From an uncultured Bacteroides sp. (GTDB taxonomy: Bacteria; Bacteroidota; Bacteroidia; G022818785): DNA of 64,000 bases. The translations under genes and the position numbers were made by a program. Where the stretch lies: positions 19,650 through 83,649 of the forward strand of contig CAZUHH010000008.1 of NCBI GenBank assembly GCA_964620755.1, read 5' to 3'. Position 1 is the first letter of the stretch, and every line of letters begins with the position of its first letter. Below the pieces are notes generated by a model. That model was not told where the DNA came from. It searched no databases and was given only the letters and a program-made list of their open reading frames with translations. Of this stretch, positions 51,595 through 64,000 are shown piece after piece.

Positions 51595-52349
51595 AAATGT
51601 ATATCATTCCATATCTTCCATGAATAATCTGCTTGTAATGACAACATTTCCATACCATTTTTTGTTTTAGCTCCCATTTTTTTTCCATTAATTAAAAACA
51701 ATGTTTCATTGGGGTTATATATTAAATCATATAAAAAATGGCCTTTAGTAAGATAATTATAAGGTATATTAGGATATAATGATATATTGGGATACATTCC
51801 TAATGGAGTTGTATTAATAATTAATTTATACTCTTCCATAATTGTTTTATTAATATCTTGATACCTAATTACATTTTCAAATTGTTTATTATATCTAGAT
51901 ACTAATAGATATTTTATTGCCATGCTTTTTAAAACAAATTGAACAGCTTTTGATGATCCACCTGTACCCAAAATTATAGCTTTTACTTCTTTATTTGTAG
52001 TTATAAAATTGATTAAAGACTTTTTAAATCCTATTGTATCTGTGTTATAACCTATATAGGTACCATTATTGATTTTAATAGTATTAACAGTATTGATTGA
52101 TAATGCATCACCTTTTAATGAATGTAAATAATTTATAACAGATTTTTTATAAGGTATAGTTACATTTAATCCTATAATTGATTTATCTTTATATATATTT
52201 TTAATATCTTTAATGTCATATATTTCAAATAAATTATAACTATAATTCTTAATTTGATTAAGATAAAATTTTTTTTCAAAATACAATTTTGAAAAAGAAT
52301 GTTTTAAAGGATATCCTATTAATCCTAATTTAAATAAATTGTAAATCAT
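51591..52349 (-). CDS. aroE: Shikimate dehydrogenase
   Basis: 252 aa. GLIGYPLKHSFS, NVTIPYK, NTD, GTGGSSKA. Its stop overlaps the obg stop by 4 nt. Confidence 0.85.
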   Translation of the reverse strand: MIYNLFKLGLIGYPLKHSFSKLYFEKKFYLNQIKNYSYNLFEIYDIKDIKNIYKDKSIIGLNVTIPYKKSVINYLHSLKGDALSINTVNTIKINNGTYIGYNTDTIGFKKSLINFITTNKEVKAIILGTGGSSKAVQFVLKSMAIKYLLVSRYNKQFENVIRYQDINKTIMEEYKLIINTTPLGMYPNISLYPNIPYNYLTKGHFLYDLIYNPNETLFLINGKKMGAKTKNGMEMLSLQADYSWKIWNDIHF

Positions 52350-52459
52350 ATTAATGCTATAGAAATTTTTTATTTAAAATTAATTTACTATTCAATTTTG
52401 AAATATTTATATATATTAACAATTATTAACATCATTAAATTATTAATAAATAACAAATT

Positions 52460-53725
52460 ATGCAAGACAAATTGATATTTGATTTAATAGAAAATGAAAC
52501 TAATAGACAAATTAATACAATTAATTTGATAGCATCTGAAAATTATGTTAGTAAAGAAGTTATGAGAGCTCAAGGTTCATGTTTAACAAATAAATATGCG
52601 GAAGGTATGCCATATAATAGATATTATGGAGGTTGTGAAAATATTGATATAATAGAGCAAATATGTATAGAAAGAGCTAAAAAGTTATTTAAAGTTAAAT
52701 ATGTTAATGTGCAACCACATTCAGGATCACAAGCTAATGCAGCAGTTATGTTTGCAGTTTTAAATAAAAATGAAAATATTTTAGGTTTGGATTTAAAACA
52801 TGGAGGACATTTAACTCATGGTTCACCTAAAAATTTTTCTGGTAAATTTTACAATTCTTTTTTTTATAAAATAAATGTTGATAATGGATGTATTGATTAT
52901 AATGATTTAAAAACAAAAGCATTAACATTTAAGCCAAAATTAATAATTTGCGGTGGGTCATCTTATGTTAGAGATTGGGATTATCAATTTATAAGAAAAG
53001 TAGCAGATGAAATAGGAGCTATTGTTATGGCAGATATTTCACATATAGCTGGATTTATTATATGTAATTTATTAAATAATCCAATTCCCCATTGTCATAT
53101 AATAACATCTACAACTCATAAAACTTTAAGAGGCCCTAAGGGAGGTATTATAATGATGCAAAATGATTTTTTAAATCCTTGGAATATAAAAGATAGAAAT
53201 AAAAATATCATTATGATGTCCACATTAATAAATAATGCTGTATTTCCTGGAATTCAAGGAGGACCTTTTGAGCATATAATAGCAGCTAAAGCAGTATCAT
53301 TTTTAGAAGCTAGTTCAAAGTCATATTTTAATTATATAAATCAAGTAAAAATAAATGCAAAAGTTCTATCAAAAAATTTACTTGAAAATAATTATAAAGT
53401 TATTTCTGGTGGTACAGATAATCATATTATTTTAATAGATTTGAGTAATAAAAATGTTGATGGCATAACTGCTGAAAAATCTTTAGAAAAAGCAGGTATT
53501 ATAGTTAATAAAAATGTTATACCTTACGATAGTAAATCACCTCAAATTACATCGGGCATTAGAATAGGTACATCTGCTGTTACAACAAGAAATATGAAAG
53601 AAACTGAAATGATTCAGATAGGATTTTTTATCAACAATGTAATTAACAATTACAATAATTTAAATATAATTTTAGAAACAAAAAATAAAATAGTTAATTG
53701 GATAAAAAAATTTCCTATTTGTTAA
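52460..53725 (+). CDS. glyA: Serine hydroxymethyltransferase
   Basis: 421 aa. NLIASENYVS, GGHLTHGS, PLP-lysine block TSTTHKTLRGP. Confidence 0.95.
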   Translation: MQDKLIFDLIENETNRQINTINLIASENYVSKEVMRAQGSCLTNKYAEGMPYNRYYGGCENIDIIEQICIERAKKLFKVKYVNVQPHSGSQANAAVMFAVLNKNENILGLDLKHGGHLTHGSPKNFSGKFYNSFFYKINVDNGCIDYNDLKTKALTFKPKLIICGGSSYVRDWDYQFIRKVADEIGAIVMADISHIAGFIICNLLNNPIPHCHIITSTTHKTLRGPKGGIIMMQNDFLNPWNIKDRNKNIIMMSTLINNAVFPGIQGGPFEHIIAAKAVSFLEASSKSYFNYINQVKINAKVLSKNLLENNYKVISGGTDNHIILIDLSNKNVDGITAEKSLEKAGIIVNKNVIPYDSKSPQITSGIRIGTSAVTTRNMKETEMIQIGFFINNVINNYNNLNIILETKNKIVNWIKKFPIC

Positions 53726-53737
53726 TAAAATAAAACA

Positions 53738-54406
53738 ATGCAATTAATTAAAATTCATAAAGAAGGTAAAAATATTATCTTATTTATTTTGTTAATATTA
53801 ATTATTATCAATTATTCAATATATTATTTTTTTTCCAATATTTTATTGACTATATCAATTTCTGTAATCAATTTTATAATATTAATATTTATAATATCAT
53901 TTTTTAGAAATCCAGTAAGATATATTAAGAGATCTGATAATTATATATTATCACCATCTGATGGTAAAATTATTTTAATAGATAATAATTATTATGAAGA
54001 TGAATATTTTTATGATTTTCGTATAAAAATATCTATTTATATGTCTCCTTTAAATATTCACGTTAATAGAAGTCCTATTAGTGGTATTGTAGAATATATT
54101 AAATATCATCCTGGAAAATACTATATTGCATGGTATAATAAGTCATCACTTAAAAATGAATATAATACTATTGTTATTAAAAATAATTATGGTAATAAAA
54201 TTTTATTTAAACAAATAGCTGGTTTTATAGCAAGGAGAATTAAATGTTATATAAGAAAAGGTAATAAAATTTTACAAGGCAATGAAATAGGATTTATAAA
54301 GTTTGGATCCCGTGTGGATATTTTTATTCCTTTAAAAAGTAAAATTAATGTACAAATAAATGAAAAAGTTTTAGGGGGTAAAACTATAATAGCTTTTTTT
54401 AAATAA
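53738..54406 (+). CDS. psd: Phosphatidylserine decarboxylase proenzyme (short type)
   Basis: 222 aa. N-terminal TM helices, SPSDGKI, and self-cleavage region FIKFGSRVDIF. Confidence 0.82.
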   Translation: MQLIKIHKEGKNIILFILLILIIINYSIYYFFSNILLTISISVINFIILIFIISFFRNPVRYIKRSDNYILSPSDGKIILIDNNYYEDEYFYDFRIKISIYMSPLNIHVNRSPISGIVEYIKYHPGKYYIAWYNKSSLKNEYNTIVIKNNYGNKILFKQIAGFIARRIKCYIRKGNKILQGNEIGFIKFGSRVDIFIPLKSKINVQINEKVLGGKTIIAFFK

Positions 54407-54423
54407 TTAATTTTATAATTATA

Positions 54424-54498
54424 TCAGGGTGAGAGGATTTGAACCTCTGATCCCCAGCACCCCATGCTGATGCGATAACCAAACTACGCTACACCCTG
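54424..54498 (-). tRNA. tRNA-Pro (anticodon GGG)
   Basis: Reverse complement CAGGGTG-TA-GCGT..TCGC-A-TCAGC-ATGGGGT-GCTGG-GGATC-AGAGG-TTCAAAT-CCTCT-CACCCTG-A. C1:G72 and G37 are typical of tRNA-Pro. Confidence 0.85.
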
Positions 54499-54521
54499 TA
54501 TAAAAAATTTTTAAAATTTTA

Positions 54522-55541
54522 ATGAAAAATTTATTAATAAATAAAACAATATTATTAGTATTAATATTATTATTATCAATAATAATAATATATTATTATA
54601 TATCAAATATTAAAAACAATTTACAATATAATACAACAATTCATATAAAAAATAATTCCACTATTGAATATATTACAGATACTTTATATGAAAAAAAAAT
54701 TATTCGCTTTAAAAAAGCTTTTATTTTATTATCAAATAAAATGAAATATACTTATAATATAAAACCAGGAATATTTCAAATTTCAAGAAATATGAGTTAT
54801 TATAAAATAATAACACATTTAAGATCCGGAAATCAAATTCCTGTTAAAATAACTTTTAATAGCAATAGCACTCATCAAGAAATTTTAAATTTAATTACTT
54901 CTAAACTAGATCTTAATATTGATACTTTAAATAAATTACTAAATAATGATATATTTTTAAGTAAATATAATTTTAACAAAGATAATATATATTGTATTTT
55001 TATTCCTAATACTTACTATTTTAATTTAAATATTACTGAAGAAAATTTTATAAATAGAATGTATAGAGAATACAGTATATTTTGGAAAAAAAATTTTAAA
55101 AAAATAGATTATTATTTAGATTATAAAAAAATATATATTTTAGCTTCAATAATATCGAAAGAAACAAATAATATTGATGAAATGAAAATTATTGCCGGAG
55201 TATATATTAATAGATTAAAAAAGGGATGGAAATTACAAGCATGCCCTACAATAATTTATATATTAGAGAAAAATAATATAAAAATACATAATAAAAAAGT
55301 TTTATATAATCATTTGAAAATAAAATCACCTTATAATACATATTTATTTAAAGGATTACCACCTGGTCCAATATCGATACCAACAATTGATGCTATTAAA
55401 TCAATTATTTATTATCAAAGTCATAAATATTATTACTTTTGTATAAGTGCAGATAATAATAGTAAACATATTTTTAGTACAAACTTAAAAGATCATAATA
55501 AAAATTTTAAAAATTATAAAAAATCAATAAAATTGTATTAA
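54522..55541 (+). CDS. mltG: Endolytic murein transglycosylase MltG (YceG-like)
   Basis: 339 aa. N-terminal TM helix, LASIISKET catalytic-Glu block, SPYNTYLFKGLPPGPISIP. Confidence 0.85.
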   Translation: MKNLLINKTILLVLILLLSIIIIYYYISNIKNNLQYNTTIHIKNNSTIEYITDTLYEKKIIRFKKAFILLSNKMKYTYNIKPGIFQISRNMSYYKIITHLRSGNQIPVKITFNSNSTHQEILNLITSKLDLNIDTLNKLLNNDIFLSKYNFNKDNIYCIFIPNTYYFNLNITEENFINRMYREYSIFWKKNFKKIDYYLDYKKIYILASIISKETNNIDEMKIIAGVYINRLKKGWKLQACPTIIYILEKNNIKIHNKKVLYNHLKIKSPYNTYLFKGLPPGPISIPTIDAIKSIIYYQSHKYYYFCISADNNSKHIFSTNLKDHNKNFKNYKKSIKLY

Positions 55542-55577
55542 TGTAATAGTGTTTGTAAATTTGTTTAATTATTATTA

Positions 55578-55664
55578 GGAGAGTTGGCAGAGTGGCTTAA
55601 TGCGGCGGTCTTGAAAACCGTTGAAATTATTTTATTTCCGGGGGTTCAAATCCCTCACTCTCCG
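55578..55664 (+). tRNA. tRNA-Ser (anticodon TGA), class II with a long variable arm
   Basis: Acceptor GGAGAGT/ACTCTCC, anticodon stem GCGGT/ACCGT with loop CTTGAAA, long variable arm, T arm GGGGG-TTCAAAT-CCCTC, discriminator G. Confidence 0.9.
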
Positions 55665-55828
55665 TAATTTTTATTAAAAAATATACATTTATATAAACTA
55701 ATTATTATTGTTATTAACAAATAATTTTTTATTATATAATTTTAATATTTTAATAGATTTTTTTTGTATATAAATATATAATAACTAATTAGAAATTTAT
55801 TTTTATAACATAAAACACAAATTTGTAA

Positions 55829-56182
55829 ATGTCAGTTAAATTAAGATTAAGAAGATACGGTAAAAAGAATAATCCTTTTTATAGAATTGTAGTAATAAAT
55901 TCACGAATTAAACGTGATGGTAAATTTATAGATGTTATAGGTACTTATAATACCAATACCAATCCTAGTGATATTAGAATAAATATTGATTTAGCTATTA
56001 AATGGTTAAATAAAGGTGCTATACCATCTAATACAGTATATTCAATTTTATCTCAATCTGGGGTTTTATATAAAATATTTTTACAGAAAGGCATAAATAA
56101 AAATGTTATAACTCAAGATATAGCAAAAAATAAATTTTCAGAATGGATAAAGAATAAAAAGAATATTACTACTATAGTATAA
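55829..56182 (+). CDS. rpsP: 30S ribosomal protein S16 (with a C-terminal extension)
   Basis: 117 aa. MSVKLRLRRYGKKNNPFYRIVV is the S16 N-terminus. Confidence 0.92.
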   Translation: MSVKLRLRRYGKKNNPFYRIVVINSRIKRDGKFIDVIGTYNTNTNPSDIRINIDLAIKWLNKGAIPSNTVYSILSQSGVLYKIFLQKGINKNVITQDIAKNKFSEWIKNKKNITTIV

Positions 56183-56274
56183 TTATTTTATTGTTTATAA
56201 AAAATTATTCAATATTATCATATTTTTAAATATATTCTTAGTAATTACAGTATTAATTTATTATTAGATATGTT

Positions 56275-57387
56275 ATGGTAAAAATTCATAAAAAATCAGA
56301 TGCATTATTGTTGTTAGAAGATGATAGTGTATTTTATGGCACTAAAAGTAGTATAGATGGCTTTGCTACAGGTGAATTATGTTTTAATACTGGATTAACT
56401 GGTTATCAAGAAATGTTTACAGATCCTTCATATTATGGACAAATACTTATAAATACTAATGTTCATATTGGTAATTACGGCATTAAATTTAATGATAATG
56501 AATCTAATAAAATACAAATAAAAGGATTAATATGTAAGAAATATGAATTATTATACTCTAGATATGATGCTGATATGTCTTTACAAGAATATTTATTTTT
56601 AAATAAAATTATTGTTATATCTGATATAGATACACGTAGTTTAGTAAAATATATTAGTAATAATGGATCAATGAATTGTATAATAGCAACAGGAAACAAT
56701 ATTGATATTGCATTTTATAGAAATATATTAAAAAATCAATTAAATTATATTAACAAAGAATTTGTACCACATGTGAGTACTAAATCCATATATTATTATG
56801 GTTCTTCTAATTCTACTTATAAAATAGCAGTGTTAGATTTTGGTGTAAAAAAAAGTATGTTAGAATGTCTATCAATAAATAATATTTATATGAAAGTATT
56901 TCCTTATAATACTTTATTTGATGAAATATATAAATGGAATCCTGATGGATATTTTATATCTAATGGGCCAGGTGATCCATCTATAATGATACGATCTATT
57001 AACTTAATAAAAAAATTGATTAATACTAATAAAGTTGTTTTTGGAATATGTTTAGGCCATCAATTAATTTCATTAGCTAATGGACTTAAAACTTATAAGA
57101 TGTATAATGGACATAGAGGAACTAATCATCCTGTTAAAAATATTGAAAACAATACTTGTGCAATAACAACTCAAAATCATGGCTTTGCTATAGATAAAGA
57201 TAGCCTTAAAAATAATTCTAATATTGTTGTTACACATATTAATTTAAATGATAATACAATAGAAGGTATTAAAATGAAAAATAAACCGGTATTTTCTGTT
57301 CAATATCATCCTGAAGCATCACCAGGACCTCATGATTCTAGATATTTATTTAAAAAGTTTTTAACATTATTATGTAATAATAAATAA
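56275..57387 (+). CDS. carA: Carbamoyl-phosphate synthase small (glutaminase) subunit
   Basis: 370 aa. FNTGLTGYQEMFTDPSY, GATase triad context GICLGHQL, NHGFA, QYHPEASPGP. carB is not adjacent. Confidence 0.93.
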   Translation: MVKIHKKSDALLLLEDDSVFYGTKSSIDGFATGELCFNTGLTGYQEMFTDPSYYGQILINTNVHIGNYGIKFNDNESNKIQIKGLICKKYELLYSRYDADMSLQEYLFLNKIIVISDIDTRSLVKYISNNGSMNCIIATGNNIDIAFYRNILKNQLNYINKEFVPHVSTKSIYYYGSSNSTYKIAVLDFGVKKSMLECLSINNIYMKVFPYNTLFDEIYKWNPDGYFISNGPGDPSIMIRSINLIKKLINTNKVVFGICLGHQLISLANGLKTYKMYNGHRGTNHPVKNIENNTCAITTQNHGFAIDKDSLKNNSNIVVTHINLNDNTIEGIKMKNKPVFSVQYHPEASPGPHDSRYLFKKFLTLLCNNK

Positions 57388-57412
57388 TTCTATAATAAAA
57401 ATTGATTTTATT

Positions 57413-59536
<2,124 letters not shown>

Positions 59537-59635
59537 TAATAATTTTTTATTAAAAATATAATTGCTATTTATCATATATAAATAATATAATAGTATTGAA
59601 TAATATTGTTATATTATATGCAATATAATTTGTAA

Positions 59636-61407
<1,772 letters not shown>

Positions 61408-61418
61408 AAATATATAAT

Positions 61419-62942
61419 ATGTCTATTAAAAAATTAATATTATTTATTTTAGATGGATGGGGAATAGGATATAATAATAGGCAAAATGCTATTTATACTG
61501 CTAAAACTCCTTTTTATGATAAGATTATTAATTGTTATCCTAATTCTAAACTAAAAACTCATGGTCAATATGTAGGATTGCCAAATAAACAAGTTGGTAA
61601 TTCTGAAGTAGGTCATATGAATATAGGATCTGGAAGAATATTATCTCAAGAATTATCTAATATTAATAATTATATAATTAAGGGTCATATATATCATAAT
61701 AACACTCTACATAGAATAATTAATTATATAAAAAAAAGCAAAAAAAATCTTCATATAATAGGATTATTATCGGATGGTGGCGTACATTCTCATATTAACC
61801 ATTTAAAATCTATTTTATCAGTATTAAATAATAATAATATTAATAACAATGTTTATATACATGGAATAACTGATGGAAGAGATACAAATCCTTGTTCGGC
61901 ATTAAGTTTTATTAATGAAATAGAAGAACATACAAAAAAGACTACTGGAATATTATCATCTATTATTGGAAGATTTTATGCTATGGATCGTGATATGAGA
62001 TGGCAACGTACTAAAATTGCATATGATATGTTAGTATATGGAAAAGGACAATTGGTTAACAATATATCAGATTCTATAAAATTATCGTATAGTAAAAATA
62101 TTTATGATGAATTTATATTACCTATTTTAAAAAAAAATAATCAAGGTTCTCCAATAACAACTATCAAAAATAATGATGCAGTAATATTTTTTAATTATCG
62201 TACAGATAGGGCAAGACAAATTACTCAAGCTTTAACACAAAATAAAAATGTATATGAAAATATGATTTCATTAAATTTGTTTTATGCTACTATGACATGT
62301 TATGACAAATCTTTTACCAATATACATACTATTTTTCATCAAAATGATATAAATATGACTTTAGGTGAAGTATTATCATTAAATAATAAAAAACAATTAC
62401 GTATTGCAGAATCAGAAAAATATCCACATATAACATATTTTTTTTCTGGTGGAAGAGAAAAAAAATTTAAAGGAGAAGATAGAATATTAATTTCTTCGCC
62501 TAAAGTAAGCAGTTATGATATTATACCTCAAATGAGTATTGAAAAACTTAATATTGAATTAAATAATAATATTAATACTTCATATTATGATTTTATATGT
62601 GTTAATTATGCTAATCCAGATATGGTAGGACATACAGGAGTGTTTCAAAGTACTGTATCAGCTATTGAATATGTTGACAAATCATTAAAACAATCAGTTT
62701 TATCATCTTTAAAAAATGATTATTCAGTGTTAATAATTAGTGATCATGGTAATGCAGAATATATGATTGATAATAATGATACTCCTTTTACTGCACATAC
62801 ATCTAATCTAGTGCCATGTATTATTATTGATAAAGATATTTCATTTATTAATAATGGGAGATTATGTGATATAGCTCCTACTATTCTTAAAATAATGGAC
62901 ATAGTTATTCCTAAAGAAATGAATGGTAAATCACTTGTTTAA
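61419..62942 (+). CDS. gpmI: 2,3-bisphosphoglycerate-independent phosphoglycerate mutase
   Basis: 507 aa. ILDGWG, NSEVGHMNIGSGR, SDGGVHSH, PDMVGHTG, SDHGNAE. Confidence 0.94.
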   Translation: MSIKKLILFILDGWGIGYNNRQNAIYTAKTPFYDKIINCYPNSKLKTHGQYVGLPNKQVGNSEVGHMNIGSGRILSQELSNINNYIIKGHIYHNNTLHRIINYIKKSKKNLHIIGLLSDGGVHSHINHLKSILSVLNNNNINNNVYIHGITDGRDTNPCSALSFINEIEEHTKKTTGILSSIIGRFYAMDRDMRWQRTKIAYDMLVYGKGQLVNNISDSIKLSYSKNIYDEFILPILKKNNQGSPITTIKNNDAVIFFNYRTDRARQITQALTQNKNVYENMISLNLFYATMTCYDKSFTNIHTIFHQNDINMTLGEVLSLNNKKQLRIAESEKYPHITYFFSGGREKKFKGEDRILISSPKVSSYDIIPQMSIEKLNIELNNNINTSYYDFICVNYANPDMVGHTGVFQSTVSAIEYVDKSLKQSVLSSLKNDYSVLIISDHGNAEYMIDNNDTPFTAHTSNLVPCIIIDKDISFINNGRLCDIAPTILKIMDIVIPKEMNGKSLV

Positions 62943-62952
62943 TACTTTTTTA

Positions 62953-63606
62953 ATGCCATTATTATTTAATAAAAATTTAAATAAAAATTTAAAATTAGGA
63001 ATATGGTTTATTAAAGAAGATGACATTTTTATATTGAAAAATATCTTTTTAAATAAAAATCAATTAAAAATATATAATTTGATAAAAAATAATTATAAAA
63101 AAAAAATACAATGGTTATCAGCTAGGATTTTAATAAAGAATATTATTAAAAATGACAATATATATTGTTTATTTTATAATGACAATATAGGTAAACCTTC
63201 ATTCATTAATAATAAATATTTTATTTCGATAAGCCATTCTAAGGATTATGTAATAATTTTATTGAGTGATTTTTTTTCTGTAGGTATAGATATTGAATAT
63301 ATTAACTATAATCGTAATATTATGATAAAAAATAAGTTTCTTAATTTTTTTGAAAAAAAATTATCATATCATAATATGTCAATTGTAAAAATGCATTTAT
63401 GTTGGTCAATTAAAGAATCAATTTATAAATGCTATAATAATAGATTTATATCATTAAAAAATGATATCACAATACCTTATTTTGAATTAGTTAATTTTGA
63501 TATTTTAACAGTAAAAGTGTTGGATTTTTTTTTTATAAAAGTATATTATATTATTAATTATAATTATGTTATTACTTGGTGTATAAATTATGAAAAACGT
63601 TTATAA
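62953..63606 (+). CDS. 4'-phosphopantetheinyl transferase superfamily protein (Sfp-type)
   Basis: GKPSF, GIDIEY and WSIKESIYKC motifs. The ATG at 62953 is preferred because it avoids the 20-nt overlap with gpmI implied by the track start at 62923. Confidence 0.7.
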   Translation: MPLLFNKNLNKNLKLGIWFIKEDDIFILKNIFLNKNQLKIYNLIKNNYKKKIQWLSARILIKNIIKNDNIYCLFYNDNIGKPSFINNKYFISISHSKDYVIILLSDFFSVGIDIEYINYNRNIMIKNKFLNFFEKKLSYHNMSIVKMHLCWSIKESIYKCYNNRFISLKNDITIPYFELVNFDILTVKVLDFFFIKVYYIINYNYVITWCINYEKRL

Positions 63607-63660
63607 CTGTTTATATTTATATTGTTTTATATACCAAATATAATAAATATTATTATTTTA

Positions 63661-64000
63661 ATGACAAAATTTATTTTTAATAAACGCAAAAATTTTTCTA
63701 AATGGTATAATGATATAATTATTGAAGCTGGTTTAGCAGAACATTCTGATGTAAGAGGTTGTATGATAATTAAACCATATGGCTATGCGATATGGGAAAA
63801 AATACAATCTGTATTAGATAAATTATTTAAAGATAGTGGACATGTTAATGCTTATTTTCCTTTATTAATACCTAAATCATTTATATCTAAAGAATCTAAA
63901 CATATTGAGGGTTTTGCAAAAGAATGTGCTGTAGTAACTCATTATAAATTAAAAAATATTAATAATGAAATTATATTAGATGATGACTATAAATTAAAAG
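63661..64000 (+). CDS. proS: Proline--tRNA ligase (archaeal/eukaryote-like type), N-terminal fragment; continues past the window end
   Basis: From the ATG at 63661: [71 protein letters not shown]..., the typical N-terminus of type-II-like ProRS. Confidence 0.85.
   Translation, partial: MTKFIFNKRKNFSKWYNDIIIEAGLAEHSDVRGCMIIKPYGYAIWEKIQSVLDKLFKDSGHVNAYFPLLIPKSFISKESKHIEGFAKECAVVTHYKLKNINNEIILDDDYKLK

Noticed and set aside
54424-54498. tRNA-Pro with anticodon GGG considered odd for an AT-rich minimal genome, where a single UGG isoacceptor often suffices.
   Set aside because: GGG reads CCU and CCC, and CCT is a very common Pro codon in these genes. A UGG isoacceptor is probably encoded elsewhere. 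This is not anomalous on its own.
1679-56699. About two dozen 60-120 aa ORFs in the track lie antisense to, or out of frame within, long conserved genes. Examples: 1679-1885, 8651-8911, 9905-10141, 10903-11175, 11515-11763, 14558-14740, 18374-18562, 20216-20434, 22643-22915, 23386-23589, 24918-25181, 26371-26607, 28345-28569, 30137-30328, 30382-30576, 30933-31115, 35830-36162, 37288-37488, 38734-38967, 41551-41850, 47284-47646, 50700-50966, 56475-56699.
   Set aside because: Each is fully embedded in a gene with strong family motifs on the other strand or frame. Their translations are low-complexity with no recognisable motifs. Several arise where the sense gene is relatively G/C-rich, so stops are rare in the antisense frame. 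I treat them as shadow ORFs.

Overview
This is an extremely AT-rich, very compact chromosomal segment from a genome-reduced bacterium. By my coordinate tally, genes occupy about 94% of the 64 kb. I call 64 protein-coding genes (two cut by the window edges) and 5 tRNA genes. There is no rRNA. Content is almost entirely housekeeping. Replication and translation: dnaE, prfA, lepA, pnp, rho, ybeY, obg, rplU-rpmA, rpsP, argS, cysS, proS, mnmA. Respiration and energy: nuoA-G, atpDC, sucD, a membrane pyrophosphatase, futalosine-route menaquinone genes. Lipid and envelope: fabD, fabG, cdsA, pssA, psd, an Mla-like ABC system, mltG, a LytM-like protein, an FtsB-like protein, a flippase, rseP. Biosynthesis: lysC, aroE, glyA, carA, an aspartate-type aminotransferase. 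Several signals point to Bacteroidota/Flavobacteriales: GldC, a DUF4290 protein, a short 319-aa NuoG, Rho with an N-terminal insertion, no Shine-Dalgarno sequences before start codons, and an archaeal-type ProRS. Together with the composition and compaction, this looks like an obligate insect endosymbiont of the Blattabacterium/Sulcia kind. That assignment is an inference I cannot verify here. The standard bacterial code applies, since TGA terminates dnaE, nuoF, atpD and others. I see no mobile elements, prophage, CRISPR, toxin-antitoxin or defence-island content. I also see no convincing candidate for an undescribed multi-gene system, so this is an ordinary core region. The observations most worth a second look are: (1) a 56-codon tatA that the ORF track misses; (2) a PAP2 phosphatase ORF that reads antisense through a whole tRNA-Leu gene; (3) a nuo operon that stops after nuoG; (4) retention of gldC, an intact relA/spoT homologue and two conserved unknown-function families in a minimal genome; (5) a translationally coupled futalosine-pathway trio; (6) a LytM-domain protein with substituted catalytic residues.
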